The position numbers were made by a program, and so were the translations under genes. Under the pieces are notes generated by a model. That model saw nothing but the letters and a program-made list of their open reading frames with translations, was not told the DNA's origin and did no database searches. 64,000 nucleotides of DNA from an uncultured delta proteobacterium (GTDB lineage: Bacteria; Desulfobacterota; Binatia; UBA9968): contig CAVUVW010000013.1 in assembly GCA_963745035.1 (NCBI GenBank), positions 608,001 through 672,000 of the forward strand, given 5' to 3'. Below are positions 1-10,001 of this stretch, one piece after another; the first letter of the stretch is position 1, and each line of letters opens with the position of its first letter.

Positions 1-593
1 ACGGCGAGATCGATTTCCGGCCCGCCGGGATATCCCTGCACGAGATTGAATTTCGTGCCGATCACTTCTTCGAACAGCTTCGGCAAATAATAGGCGGAGT
101 CCGAAGTCCCCTGCGCGCCGCAGCGCGGCGGCTCTTTGGCGTTGCGCACGTCTTCCATCGTTTTGTACGGCGTGTCGGCGCGCATGTACATCTGCGACTC
201 GCCCTGCACCGGAGAGCCGATCCAGACGAACTTTGCCCAGTCGTATTGCGCCTCCTTGCGCCCGACGAGCTGGTCGAAATACAAAGTCGGCACAATTGAG
301 CCGATCAGGCTCAAGCCGTCCGCTTTGGTCGTTTTGTAAACGTAATTTGCCGCGATCATGTGTCCGGCGCCGGGCATATTTTGCACGACGACATCCGGCC
401 TTCCGGGTATGTGCTTGTTCATATGGGTCGCGAGAATCCGCCCCCATTGATCGTACAATGCCCCGGGCGTCGTGCCGATATAGACGGTAATGGTCTTGCC
501 TTTGTAGAAATCGGATTGCGCCGCTACCGGAGCCACCCAAATCAATGCGCCTAATAATACGCCCCATGAAAACCAATTACTGGGAAATTTCAT
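1..593 (-). CDS. Tripartite tricarboxylate transporter substrate-binding protein (Bug/TctC family), 3' part outside window
   Basis: Not in the ORF track. Hand translation from ATG at 593 gives MKFPSNWFSWGVLLGALIWVAPVAAQSDFYKGKTITVYIGTTPGALYDQWGRILATHMNKHIPGRPDVVVQNMPGAG: a signal peptide plus the FYKGKTI and QNMPGAG motifs of Bug/TctC. GAGGAG RBS upstream. Confidence 0.85.
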   Translation of the reverse strand, partial: MKFPSNWFSWGVLLGALIWVAPVAAQSDFYKGKTITVYIGTTPGALYDQWGRILATHMNKHIPGRPDVVVQNMPGAGHMIAANYVYKTTKADGLSLIGSIVPTLYFDQLVGRKEAQYDWAKFVWIGSPVQGESQMYMRADTPYKTMEDVRNAKEPPRCGAQGTSDSAYYLPKLFEEVIGTKFNLVQGYPGGPEIDLA

Positions 594-774
594 AGTCTCT
601 CCTCGCACGAAGTTGATGGATAATTTCGTATCGCACGGAGCTGGCGACCGTCAAGCACCTCATCAGGGATTCCCATAAGCGAGGACGCATTGATCCGTCG
701 CGCTCCGACAGCTCGGATCGACGTGAATGACTCTCACGAGCCGAAAGTGAAAACACGATTTGTTCCGAACGGCG

Positions 775-1215
775 CTAACGCGCAAGCAAGCTGTCGATCG
801 ACAGCGCGCCCGCTCCGCCAAACACCAGCGCGACCGCCATCAGGAACAACGCAAGTGTGTATTCGATGCCGCTGCCCCTGCCTGGACCCTGGGCAAGGAA
901 GAAGCCGTTGCTCCAGTGGCTCAGGAACAACGCAAAGGCGATAAAAACCGCCAGGCAAAACGCCACCGGCCTGACCAAGAAACCGAGAGTGAACGAGACT
1001 ACGGCCATTAGTTCGATGACCAGAGCGAAAACTCCCATCGCTACGGGAATATGATACTTATCCCGCCAGTTGGCGACTTGGGCTTTAGGCCCTTTGCCGC
1101 CGTGCCAGCCGAACGCGTGCTGCGTGCCGTGCATAAAAAAAGTCAGCGCGAGACCGAATCGCAGGAAGACGTAGGAAAACGAGTCGTCCGTTTGAAATAG
1201 CCAATCCACTTTCAC
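775..1215 (-). CDS. DoxX family membrane protein
   Basis: 146 aa with 4 hydrophobic segments; LRFGLALTFFMHGTQH, GIEY and GAGALSID motifs typical of DoxX; GGAGG RBS before GTG. Confidence 0.85.
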   Translation of the reverse strand: MKVDWLFQTDDSFSYVFLRFGLALTFFMHGTQHAFGWHGGKGPKAQVANWRDKYHIPVAMGVFALVIELMAVVSFTLGFLVRPVAFCLAVFIAFALFLSHWSNGFFLAQGPGRGSGIEYTLALFLMAVALVFGGAGALSIDSLLAR

Positions 1216-1683
1216 CTCCCAAAGCCCGCGATGATCCTCGCGCGCCGAATTTTCGCAACAAGTATCACGCGTCCCAGTCCGGCGGCAAGCAGCGCTCAGA
1301 CGATCTCAGGGCCCGTAGGCGCTTGGCTTCGCGAATAGAGACGATTCCGGTCGGCCGGCGTATTCAGATAAATCCGCCGCCATGGACAAGCAATCCACAG
1401 AGGAAAGGGATCGCGAGTCTGTAGCTTTCTGAGTTGATGCGCCTTAAATGAATTTTGGCGCACGGCCTCAGTTGGGATCAGGGCAACATTTGAATCTGTA
1501 AACTCAGATTCAGCGCAGCGTGAAGTAGAAAAAAAAGGAGCCAGGGAAAAGAAGAAAGGGGGCGAGGAGAGAAGTGGAGGGACAACTGCGGAGAGTTCTT
1601 ACCGGGGAAATCCGAGTGCTAGGAGAGGTCACGCAACGATGGAACTCGAAGAGCCGGCAGGAAGGCCAGTGGATTGGGAAGGA

Positions 1684-2634
1684 TCAAAAAGCCGGGATTC
1701 TTTTAGCGCGCATGGACTCGATCGTCATTCTTAAGCCCTGTTCGACCTGGATATGGGGGCTGTAGCCAAGAATGCGGTTCGCCAAGGAAATATCAGCCAA
1801 TGAGTGCCGCACATCGCCCGGTTTCGCCGCGACGTGATTCACGATGGCCGCGACGCTCAACATACGCTCGAGCAATCGCACGAGATCGTTTAGGCTGATG
1901 CGCTCACCGCAGCCTATATTGAGGCAAGTTCCGGCGGCATGTCCCGACTGCATGGCCAACAGATTCGCCTCGACTACGTTTTCCACATAGGTAAAATCGC
2001 GCGATTGTTCGCCGTTCCCGTAGATCGTGATGGGTTGTCCTGCCAAAAGCGCGCTTATGAATTTCGGTATGACAGCAGAATACTCTGAATAGGGATCTTG
2101 ATCAGGTCCAAAGACGTTGAAATATCTCAAACTGACCGTCTCCAATCCATAAAGATCTTGATACAGTTTGCAGTAACGCTCACCGACCAACTTTTGCAAG
2201 GCATAGGGGGAAAGCGGATTCCAACACATCGCCTCGGTCTTCGGAAGAACCTCCGTATCCCCGTATGCAGAGGACGAAGCTGCGTAGACAAACCGACGAA
2301 CCGCGGCCCTTCGGCAGCTCTCCAAAAGGTTCAGCGTCGCCGTCACATTCGCGCGGTTCGTTCCGGTCGGATCGAGCACGGATCGCTGCACGGACGGAAT
2401 TGCGGCTTGATGGAAAACGCAATGGATGCCGTTGACCACCGCGTCGCAAAACAAAGGATCCGACAAGTCTCCGTTGATGAACTCTATGGAGCCGCGCAGG
2501 TCCTCCAGGCGAGCCAGTTGACCGGTGGAAATATTATCCACGACCCGAACCGTGGCGCCTTCTCTGACCAGGCGTCGTACAAGGTGAGAGCCTATAAACC
2601 CGGCGCCGCCAGTCACTAAGTAGCGATCAGACAT
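1684..2634 (-). CDS. NAD-dependent nucleotide-sugar epimerase/dehydratase (WbpP/GalE-like extended SDR)
   Basis: VTGGAGFIGS Rossmann motif, ASSSAYG, YALQK (YxxxK), RYFNVFGP, GEQSRDFTYV. Starts 6 nt after the NRPS stop. Confidence 0.92.
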   Translation of the reverse strand: MSDRYLVTGGAGFIGSHLVRRLVREGATVRVVDNISTGQLARLEDLRGSIEFINGDLSDPLFCDAVVNGIHCVFHQAAIPSVQRSVLDPTGTNRANVTATLNLLESCRRAAVRRFVYAASSSAYGDTEVLPKTEAMCWNPLSPYALQKLVGERYCKLYQDLYGLETVSLRYFNVFGPDQDPYSEYSAVIPKFISALLAGQPITIYGNGEQSRDFTYVENVVEANLLAMQSGHAAGTCLNIGCGERISLNDLVRLLERMLSVAAIVNHVAAKPGDVRHSLADISLANRILGYSPHIQVEQGLRMTIESMRAKRIPAF

Positions 2635-2640
2635 TGAAGC

Positions 2641-5600
2641 TTAGAAAACGCGAGACAGGCTGACCAGAGAATTTAGAGGCTCGCTGGTTTCGCTATCGAG
2701 CGCTCGGATGTCTTGGACGCATACAGGCGGCGCCCCGTTGTTGTTCAGCTCAACCTCACGTAAACATTCATTGAGACATTCGGCAACATCCCTGATATGT
2801 CCCTCGTGAAACATAGTTAAATGATCGCCGGGGACTTCGTGAATTTCCAATCCGCCGGTAAACATTCCCGTCCAACCACGGGTCGGATCATCGTCATAGC
2901 CCGCCTTCGGCTCTCGAGAACGCAATAGAACGCCGCGGCCTGTGTGTATTTCCGCGGCATGGTTCCGAAATGCAAAATCATAAGCCCAGGTCAGATTTGA
3001 AGCTGTCACGGCGACCGGAGTGCCGAGGAAAAAAGACCTATGGAAAATGCTCCACCAAATGCGTCGGAGCGGCAGAGATGCGAAGCTCGACGCTCTTTTA
3101 ATTGCAAAAGCGGCATACCTTAGCCGTCCCTGTAACCTTGGTTTTTTAAACGCCCTCCAGTGAGCCCGTAACCGTTGGAAAAGCGCGAGACTTCTTGACC
3201 GCGGGCCGTACGTGTCGAGCAAGGCGAGCAAGCCGATTTTTTCGCCCTCAGAATGGAGCAGTTGCGCCATCTCGAATGCAATCGTACCTCCGGATGAATA
3301 CCCGATAAGATGATAGGGTCCCTTTGGCTGAACCGTGCGAATGGCCTGAACGTAATTTGTCGCCATTTCTTTCAGAGTAACCGGCATAATCTCTTTTTCA
3401 AACATTCCCGAGAACGAAAGTCCATAGACGGGATATTGGGCATCGAGGTAGGAGACAAAGCCATATTCCACGCCAATGGTAAACACGGGCGGCTTGGATC
3501 CAGCGGATCTAACTTCAACCAGGCAGTTTCTTGGCGGAATCCAGCCCTCCGCGCGAATGACGTCCGCAAGTCGTTCGACCGTGGGAGCAGAAAAGATCGC
3601 GGTAATTGGAAGATCCACTCCTAAATGTCGCTTGATTTCCGCAACTACCCTGACTGTATTCAGTGAGTGCCCGCCCAACCCGAAGAAATTGTCCATTACA
3701 CTTACGCGACGGACATTTAAGACAGACTGCCAAATCTGGGCGAGTTGAAATTCGAGCCGATCACGGGGCGCGACAAAAGTCTTCGGCGAATCGCACTCGT
3801 CCGGACCGGGCAGCGGCAGCGCCTGGCGATTCACCTTGCCGCCGGGAGCGACAGGCAAGCCTTCAAGGAAAACAAACGCTGAAGGCACCATATAATCCGG
3901 GAGTTTTCGCGCAAGAAAGTTTCGCAGCTCACCGCGATCGCAGGCGACATTCGGATGAGTGACCAGATAGGCAACGAGCCGCATATCTTCCGGCGCGTAC
4001 TCCCTTCCGATCACAAGCACCTGCCTCACGTCCGGGTGCTCCATCAGATTTGCTTCGATTTCTCCCGGTTCGATTCGATGTCCGCGAATCTTTAGCTGCT
4101 GATCAATTCTCCCCAGGCATTCTATCGTTCCGTCGCCGAGGTGCCTGGCCCAATCCCCAGTCTTGAACAATCTTTCTCCGGAATCGCCGCTGTACGGATT
4201 CGGAACAAATCTTTGAGTCGTCAGCTCCGGACGTTTCAGGTAGCCCCGCGCAACCCCGTGTCCGCCGATACAAAGCTCGCCCGGTATACCCACCGGAACC
4301 GGCTGCATGTTGGCGTCGACGATATAGACCTGCGTATTGGCGATCGGTACCCCGATGGATATGACCCCGCAGTTCGCTGCGACTTGGCCGGCCGTGGACC
4401 ATACCGTCGTTTCCGTCGGCCCATAGAGATTCCAAACCGTGTTGCCGCCCTCGAGCAAGCTGTTGGCGAGATCTAAACTCAATGATTCGCCGCCACATAA
4501 CACTTTGAACCCTTTCGTACCTTTCCAGCCGGCCTCCACGAGCATCCGCCACGTTGTGGGTGTCGCCTGCATCATCGTCGCGCCCGAGGATTCGATCTGC
4601 CGCGCGAGCCTGCTGCCGTCGGCCGCCGCTTCTCTGGTGGTGACCACAACCCGTGCGCCGACACTCAGAGGCAGAAAAATCTCGAGCGCCGCGATATCGA
4701 AGGATATGGTGGTCACGGATAGCAAGACATCCGTCTCCGATATGCCGGGATTGTTCCTCATGGAATGGAGAAAATTGGCGAGCGAGCGATGTTCGATCTC
4801 GACGCCCTTGGGCTTGCCGGTCGATCCCGACGTGTAGATGACGTAGGCGAGCGAGCTCGGAGGCGGTGCGAGGTAGCTTTCTGCGGACTCGGAACTTACC
4901 GCGCTTGCCAGGCTGTCCAAGCAGAGCGTGAGTTGCCCATTGTCCGGCAAGCGTTCTAAAAGCCTTTCCTGGGTGAGCAGGATCCGCAGCCCGCTGTCCT
5001 CGAGCATAAATTGAATCCGCTCCTGAGGATAGCCGGGATCGATGGGCACATAAGCCCCGCCCGCCTTGAGCACTCCCAAAAGACCGGCAATGAGCTCGAT
5101 CGATCGCTCCGTGCACAAACCTACGAGAACACCGGGTTTGACCCCCATCGCTCGCAACCGGCAAGCGATTTGGTCGGTGCGCCGATTGAGTTCAGCGTAC
5201 GTGAGCTGCTGCTCTCCAAACACAACCGCGATGGAGTCCGGAGTTCTCCGCGCCTGCTCCTCGAATAATTCATGGACGCACTTTTGCGGAAACGCCGAGC
5301 CGGTGCTGTTCCACTGGCGCAGTAGCTGATTTTTCTCGCCCTCGGACAATATCGGAATTGTGGCAATCGAGTCGTTCGGATTCCCCGCCACGGCCTCGAG
5401 CAGCCGGTGATAGTGCCGCAGCATGCGCTTGACGGTCTCCGGCTTATAGAGGTCGGTGTTATAACTGATCAGGATCTTGCGCGTTACTTGCGGATCGACG
5501 GTGACGCCGATATCGAATTGCGACGCCGATTGATCGATCTCGAACGGCATCCAGGAGAGACCCTGCAAGTCGATCTTCTCCGCGGAGATGCTTTGAAAAT

Positions 5601-8600
5601 TGAAGAGCACCTGGATGAGCGGCGAGCGGCTCGGATCGCGACCAGACTCCATTTCCTTGACGACCGTTTCGAACGGCACATCGCCGTGGTCAAAGGCATC
5701 GAGCACAGTGTCACGCATTCGTCTTAGAACACGCCGAAAAGAGAGATCGCCCGAAAAGTCCGTGCGCAGCACCAGAATATTGATGAAGGTTCCAATCACA
5801 CTTTCCCATTCGAGCCGGTTTCGATTGGCAACAGGGGTGCCGATGCCAATGTCCCGTTGTCCCGAATACCGATGCAGCAGCGCCTTAAACGCGGCCAGAA
5901 AGAGCATGTATAACGTCGCATTCTCCTGCGCGGCTTGCTTCCTCAGATTTTCTACCAACTCGGCGGAGAGAGTCAGCGACTCGTAGCTTCCTCGGAAGGT
6001 TTGGATCGACGGCCGGGGATAATCCGTGGGGAGAGCCAGAGGTTGTAGGCCGGCGAGTTGCTTCTTCCAGTAGGCCAGTTGAGCATCTATCCGCCTTCCC
6101 GTGAGCCACTGATCTTGCCACATCGTGAAATCCCCGTACTGCGTCTGTGTTCCGTTCACGGCCAACGAGGACGATTCACAAAATCCGTTATAGAGCGAAC
6201 TCAGCTCGCGCGCGATAACGCCCAAAGACCATTGATCGGAAATCACGTGGTGCATATTCAGGAGCAAGACGTGGTCTTCTTCGGACAGGTGAAGCAATAA
6301 CACTCGTATTAAAGCGCCGTTTTCGAGGTCAAACGGACGACGCGCCTCGTCGCTCAAGAGTTGCTTTGCCGCGCTCAAACGATCCCCTTCGGGCATATTC
6401 CCAAGATCGATTTCCGGCATGTCCAACGTCAGCGTCGGCGAGATGGTCTGAACCGGCTCCCCTCCCCTGCTTGTGAAATTTGCTCGCAGGGATTCATGCC
6501 GCCGGATCAATTCCTCCAAGCTCCGATTCAGCGTTTCTTTGCGGAGCTGCCCGGCAAAACGGATGGGCACGGCGATATTGTACGCTGCGCTTTGCGGCGC
6601 GAGCTGATGCATGTACCAAATGCGCGCTTGCGATTGTGAAACGGGCGCTTCGTTTCCGCGCGACGAAAATGAAATGGGAGCTATCTCGGCGGCCGGCTCC
6701 TTCGACTGCAATGCCTCGTCGACACGCTCGGCAAACTGCGCCAAAACCGGCGCTTCAAAGATCACTCGCAGGGGAATCTCGATGGCCCATTCTTTACGAA
6801 CTCGAGACACGAGTTGAGCGGCAAGCAGAGACTGCCCGCCAAGTTCAAAAAAATGATCGCGCCTGCTTACGGCGTCCACGCCCAACAGCCGCATCCATAG
6901 ATCTGCGATGCGAATTTCCGTCGACGTCTCCGGAGCCTCGATCGGTCGGCCCGCCAAAGCCGAACACTTATCCGGATTGGGCAAAGCACGGCGGTCCACC
7001 TTGCCGCCGTGGGTTCGAGGCAAGGAATCCAGCGCCAGAATCGTCGTCGGCACCATGTATTCAGGGAGCTTCTTATTTACAAAATTCTTCACTTCCGTCA
7101 CGTTCAGCATGGCGCCTTGCTTGGGCACGAGATAAGCTACCAGTTGGTGGCGGGCGGAGTCGCCGTTCTGTGTCACCGTTGCGTCCTGGACCAGTGGATG
7201 CGCTTTGAGAACGACTTCGATTCCGTCGAGCTCTACACGAAAGCCTCGTATTTTTACTTGCCGGTCGAATCTCCCGAGGTACTCGAGGTTGCCATCGTCC
7301 CGCCAGCGAACCAGATCCCCGGTTCTGAATAAGCGGGAATTGGCGTCTTCTGCAAAGGGGTTGCGAATGAATTTGTCGGCCGTCAATACCGGTTGTTTCA
7401 CGTATCCGCGAGCAACCCCCGCGCCGCCGATGTACAATTCTCCGGGGACTCCGGTCGGCACCGGCGCCAAACTCGAGTCCAGCACATACGTTTGCGCATG
7501 GGGCAGAGGCGCGCCGATGGGAACCTCTTGGGAAGCAGCCCTCTTTGTAGGATAGTCGGTCAAGTCATAGACGGTCGCAGTGACCGTGGTTTCGGTAGGT
7601 CCATAGGTGTTGAGTAATTTCAGCGTCGGTCTGACACACGACTGCCATAATGCGACTCGCTCGGCATTGGCTTTTTCCCCGCCGATGATGACCAGGCGTA
7701 CCGAACCGGGCACCGCCAGGTGATCTGCAAACATATCGGCCACGAGGTCATGCCAATAGGCAGTCGGCAGATCGAGGATGGTGACGCCGTAATCCGCGCA
7801 CCCATCGAGGAAGTTCTTGGCCGACTCCAGCATGGCGTCGGTTCGGAGAACAAGCGTGGCGCCGCGCATCAAACAAGGAAAAATCTCTTCCACCGAAGTG
7901 TCGAAGGCGGCGGAAGCGAACTGAAGGACCCGGTCCTCGTGAACTAGTCCAAACACCCGTGCTGCCTGAGCGGCAAAATTCATCAAATTCTTGTGCGTAA
8001 TCTCGACGCCCTTGGGAGCTCCGGTCGACCCGGACGTATAGATCACATACGCGAGATCATCTCCGGAAACTCCTGAGTCGATGTTCTCCACACTCTCGCC
8101 GCTGATCGCCGGCTCCGAGGGGTCCAGTGCAATCGCCTCGGGGCCGTCTAGCGGTATGCGGCTCAACAGCTGCCCATGCGTGAGCACTATCGAAGCTCCC
8201 GCATTCGTCAAAATGAATTTCACCCATTCTCTCGAATAGTCTGGATGAATCGGGACATAAGCCGCCCCTGCTTTGAGAATGCCCAACTGGCCGACAATCA
8301 TTTCCAGCGAGCGCTCGACATACAGCCCAACCAGCGTCTTCGGTCCGACCCCGCGTTTTCGTAAATGGTGTGCCACTTGATTGGCGCGACGATTCAACTC
8401 TCCGTAAGACAGCCGCTCGTCGTTGAACACGACGGCGACTGCATCGGGTCGCGTCTTGGCTTGCTCTTCGATCAAGTAGTGAATACAGCGCTCGTCGAGG
8501 GCTTCAGCTTTCGGCCTGCTCGTCTCCAGAATCTGCTTGACCTCCTCCGACGAGGTTAGGCTCAAAAGGGCCAGCGGGCGAGCCGGATCAGTCAGATACG

Positions 8601-9957
8601 CGTCCACGACGCGCGAAAAATGGGAAATCAATCGCTGGCAATCCTGTTCGGCGAACACATCCCGATGCAAATCGAAATCGACCGACAGGCTCGTTACCGA
8701 GCCGAAATCGCTGATCTGGATCGTCAGTGCATCGTCTCCATGTCCGTTGTGCACCCACTGTGGTAAAGCCGCCATGCCCGCAAAGTTCGAGAACGACCGG
8801 GTGTGATAGTTAAGGACGACGTCGTACAACCTCCTGAAATACGGGTTGGCAACCGCGCACTGACCGTGTCGGGCTGCCTTGAACACTTCTGTTTTGACCT
8901 TGCCGATGAACGAAACAAACGTTTCCTCGTCGGACACTTCCAAGCGGACCGGAAGAACTTCGGAGAAAAATCCGATCGTCTGTTTGAACTCTTTGGATCG
9001 GCGATTATGAAATGGGATGCCGATGGTATATGTCGACTGTCTATTGAGACAGTAAAGATAACCGACGAGAATCGCGGCGAAGGTTTCGAGGAGAAACGCC
9101 TCTTCCGACCCCGACTTCGAGGCCGCGGCCATCGATCTCAGCCTGCTCGTGCGCTCGGCACCAAGCTCCCAAGAGACGCGGCGAACCCGCGTTGTCGCCT
9201 TGGCGGGGGTTTTGCCGTAAAAATGAATCTGTTCTCCGCCCGCGACGAAGAATTGCTTCCAATACGCCTCCGCGCGCCGATGACGCGCGGATTCACGATG
9301 ACTTCTCTCGTGAGCGACATAGTCGGCATAGGAGAACAAGCTCACATACTCCGGGAGTTGCCCCTGAAGCGAGCGGCTGTAGAACTCAGCCATACGGTGG
9401 TAAATCAACTCGAAAGACCAGCCGTCGCAGATCATATGATGGACGTTCAAATACCAGATGAACTCACTTTCCGACAATTGGATCAGCGCCGAGTCGAATA
9501 GGCGCTCATGCCATTGAAAGGGAATCTGGCAGCGCTTGTGCATCCAGCTTTTTGCCGTCGTGTGAGGATCCGGCAGCGACGACAGATCAACGACGTTGAG
9601 CTCGCATGGCACGATCGGCACAACCTTCTGTGTCGGAATTCCGTCGCATTCCTTGAGGACAGTCCGAAGTGCGTCACTGGAATTGACCAGGGTTTGAAAA
9701 GCCCTGCCGAAGTGTACCGGGTCGACTTTGCCGCGGATGTTCAGAGCCACGGCCAAGTTATAAATCGGTATCTCGGGAAGCAGGTCTTGCCCCATCCAGA
9801 CCTGCAACTGATTACTTGTCAGGTTCGATTGCTCGTATGCGCTCGTTGTTAGAGTCGCCTCACCGCCCGCAACTCCGCCGTTTCCGGTCACGCTGTGCAG
9901 GAGTCTCTCATTTTTCAGCGACTCGCTTTGCGGCTCAATCACGGATGTGCGGAGCAT
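2641..9957 (-). CDS. Two-module non-ribosomal peptide synthetase, C-A-T-C-A-T-TE
   Basis: C motifs HHMICDG and HHVISDQ; A cores YTSGSTGAPKG and YTSGSTGKPKG, NxYGPTE; carrier motifs FFELGGQS and FFGLGGHS; TE motifs GYSSGG and GDH. Confidence 0.96.
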   Translation of the reverse strand: MLRTSVIEPQSESLKNERLLHSVTGNGGVAGGEATLTTSAYEQSNLTSNQLQVWMGQDLLPEIPIYNLAVALNIRGKVDPVHFGRAFQTLVNSSDALRTVLKECDGIPTQKVVPIVPCELNVVDLSSLPDPHTTAKSWMHKRCQIPFQWHERLFDSALIQLSESEFIWYLNVHHMICDGWSFELIYHRMAEFYSRSLQGQLPEYVSLFSYADYVAHERSHRESARHRRAEAYWKQFFVAGGEQIHFYGKTPAKATTRVRRVSWELGAERTSRLRSMAAASKSGSEEAFLLETFAAILVGYLYCLNRQSTYTIGIPFHNRRSKEFKQTIGFFSEVLPVRLEVSDEETFVSFIGKVKTEVFKAARHGQCAVANPYFRRLYDVVLNYHTRSFSNFAGMAALPQWVHNGHGDDALTIQISDFGSVTSLSVDFDLHRDVFAEQDCQRLISHFSRVVDAYLTDPARPLALLSLTSSEEVKQILETSRPKAEALDERCIHYLIEEQAKTRPDAVAVVFNDERLSYGELNRRANQVAHHLRKRGVGPKTLVGLYVERSLEMIVGQLGILKAGAAYVPIHPDYSREWVKFILTNAGASIVLTHGQLLSRIPLDGPEAIALDPSEPAISGESVENIDSGVSGDDLAYVIYTSGSTGAPKGVEITHKNLMNFAAQAARVFGLVHEDRVLQFASAAFDTSVEEIFPCLMRGATLVLRTDAMLESAKNFLDGCADYGVTILDLPTAYWHDLVADMFADHLAVPGSVRLVIIGGEKANAERVALWQSCVRPTLKLLNTYGPTETTVTATVYDLTDYPTKRAASQEVPIGAPLPHAQTYVLDSSLAPVPTGVPGELYIGGAGVARGYVKQPVLTADKFIRNPFAEDANSRLFRTGDLVRWRDDGNLEYLGRFDRQVKIRGFRVELDGIEVVLKAHPLVQDATVTQNGDSARHQLVAYLVPKQGAMLNVTEVKNFVNKKLPEYMVPTTILALDSLPRTHGGKVDRRALPNPDKCSALAGRPIEAPETSTEIRIADLWMRLLGVDAVSRRDHFFELGGQSLLAAQLVSRVRKEWAIEIPLRVIFEAPVLAQFAERVDEALQSKEPAAEIAPISFSSRGNEAPVSQSQARIWYMHQLAPQSAAYNIAVPIRFAGQLRKETLNRSLEELIRRHESLRANFTSRGGEPVQTISPTLTLDMPEIDLGNMPEGDRLSAAKQLLSDEARRPFDLENGALIRVLLLHLSEEDHVLLLNMHHVISDQWSLGVIARELSSLYNGFCESSSLAVNGTQTQYGDFTMWQDQWLTGRRIDAQLAYWKKQLAGLQPLALPTDYPRPSIQTFRGSYESLTLSAELVENLRKQAAQENATLYMLFLAAFKALLHRYSGQRDIGIGTPVANRNRLEWESVIGTFINILVLRTDFSGDLSFRRVLRRMRDTVLDAFDHGDVPFETVVKEMESGRDPSRSPLIQVLFNFQSISAEKIDLQGLSWMPFEIDQSASQFDIGVTVDPQVTRKILISYNTDLYKPETVKRMLRHYHRLLEAVAGNPNDSIATIPILSEGEKNQLLRQWNSTGSAFPQKCVHELFEEQARRTPDSIAVVFGEQQLTYAELNRRTDQIACRLRAMGVKPGVLVGLCTERSIELIAGLLGVLKAGGAYVPIDPGYPQERIQFMLEDSGLRILLTQERLLERLPDNGQLTLCLDSLASAVSSESAESYLAPPPSSLAYVIYTSGSTGKPKGVEIEHRSLANFLHSMRNNPGISETDVLLSVTTISFDIAALEIFLPLSVGARVVVTTREAAADGSRLARQIESSGATMMQATPTTWRMLVEAGWKGTKGFKVLCGGESLSLDLANSLLEGGNTVWNLYGPTETTVWSTAGQVAANCGVISIGVPIANTQVYIVDANMQPVPVGIPGELCIGGHGVARGYLKRPELTTQRFVPNPYSGDSGERLFKTGDWARHLGDGTIECLGRIDQQLKIRGHRIEPGEIEANLMEHPDVRQVLVIGREYAPEDMRLVAYLVTHPNVACDRGELRNFLARKLPDYMVPSAFVFLEGLPVAPGGKVNRQALPLPGPDECDSPKTFVAPRDRLEFQLAQIWQSVLNVRRVSVMDNFFGLGGHSLNTVRVVAEIKRHLGVDLPITAIFSAPTVERLADVIRAEGWIPPRNCLVEVRSAGSKPPVFTIGVEYGFVSYLDAQYPVYGLSFSGMFEKEIMPVTLKEMATNYVQAIRTVQPKGPYHLIGYSSGGTIAFEMAQLLHSEGEKIGLLALLDTYGPRSRSLALFQRLRAHWRAFKKPRLQGRLRYAAFAIKRASSFASLPLRRIWWSIFHRSFFLGTPVAVTASNLTWAYDFAFRNHAAEIHTGRGVLLRSREPKAGYDDDPTRGWTGMFTGGLEIHEVPGDHLTMFHEGHIRDVAECLNECLREVELNNNGAPPVCVQDIRALDSETSEPLNSLVSLSRVF

Positions 9958-10001
9958 ACCGATCCTTGTCCTTCATTCATCGATGAATTTGGAGCAACCG
10001 A

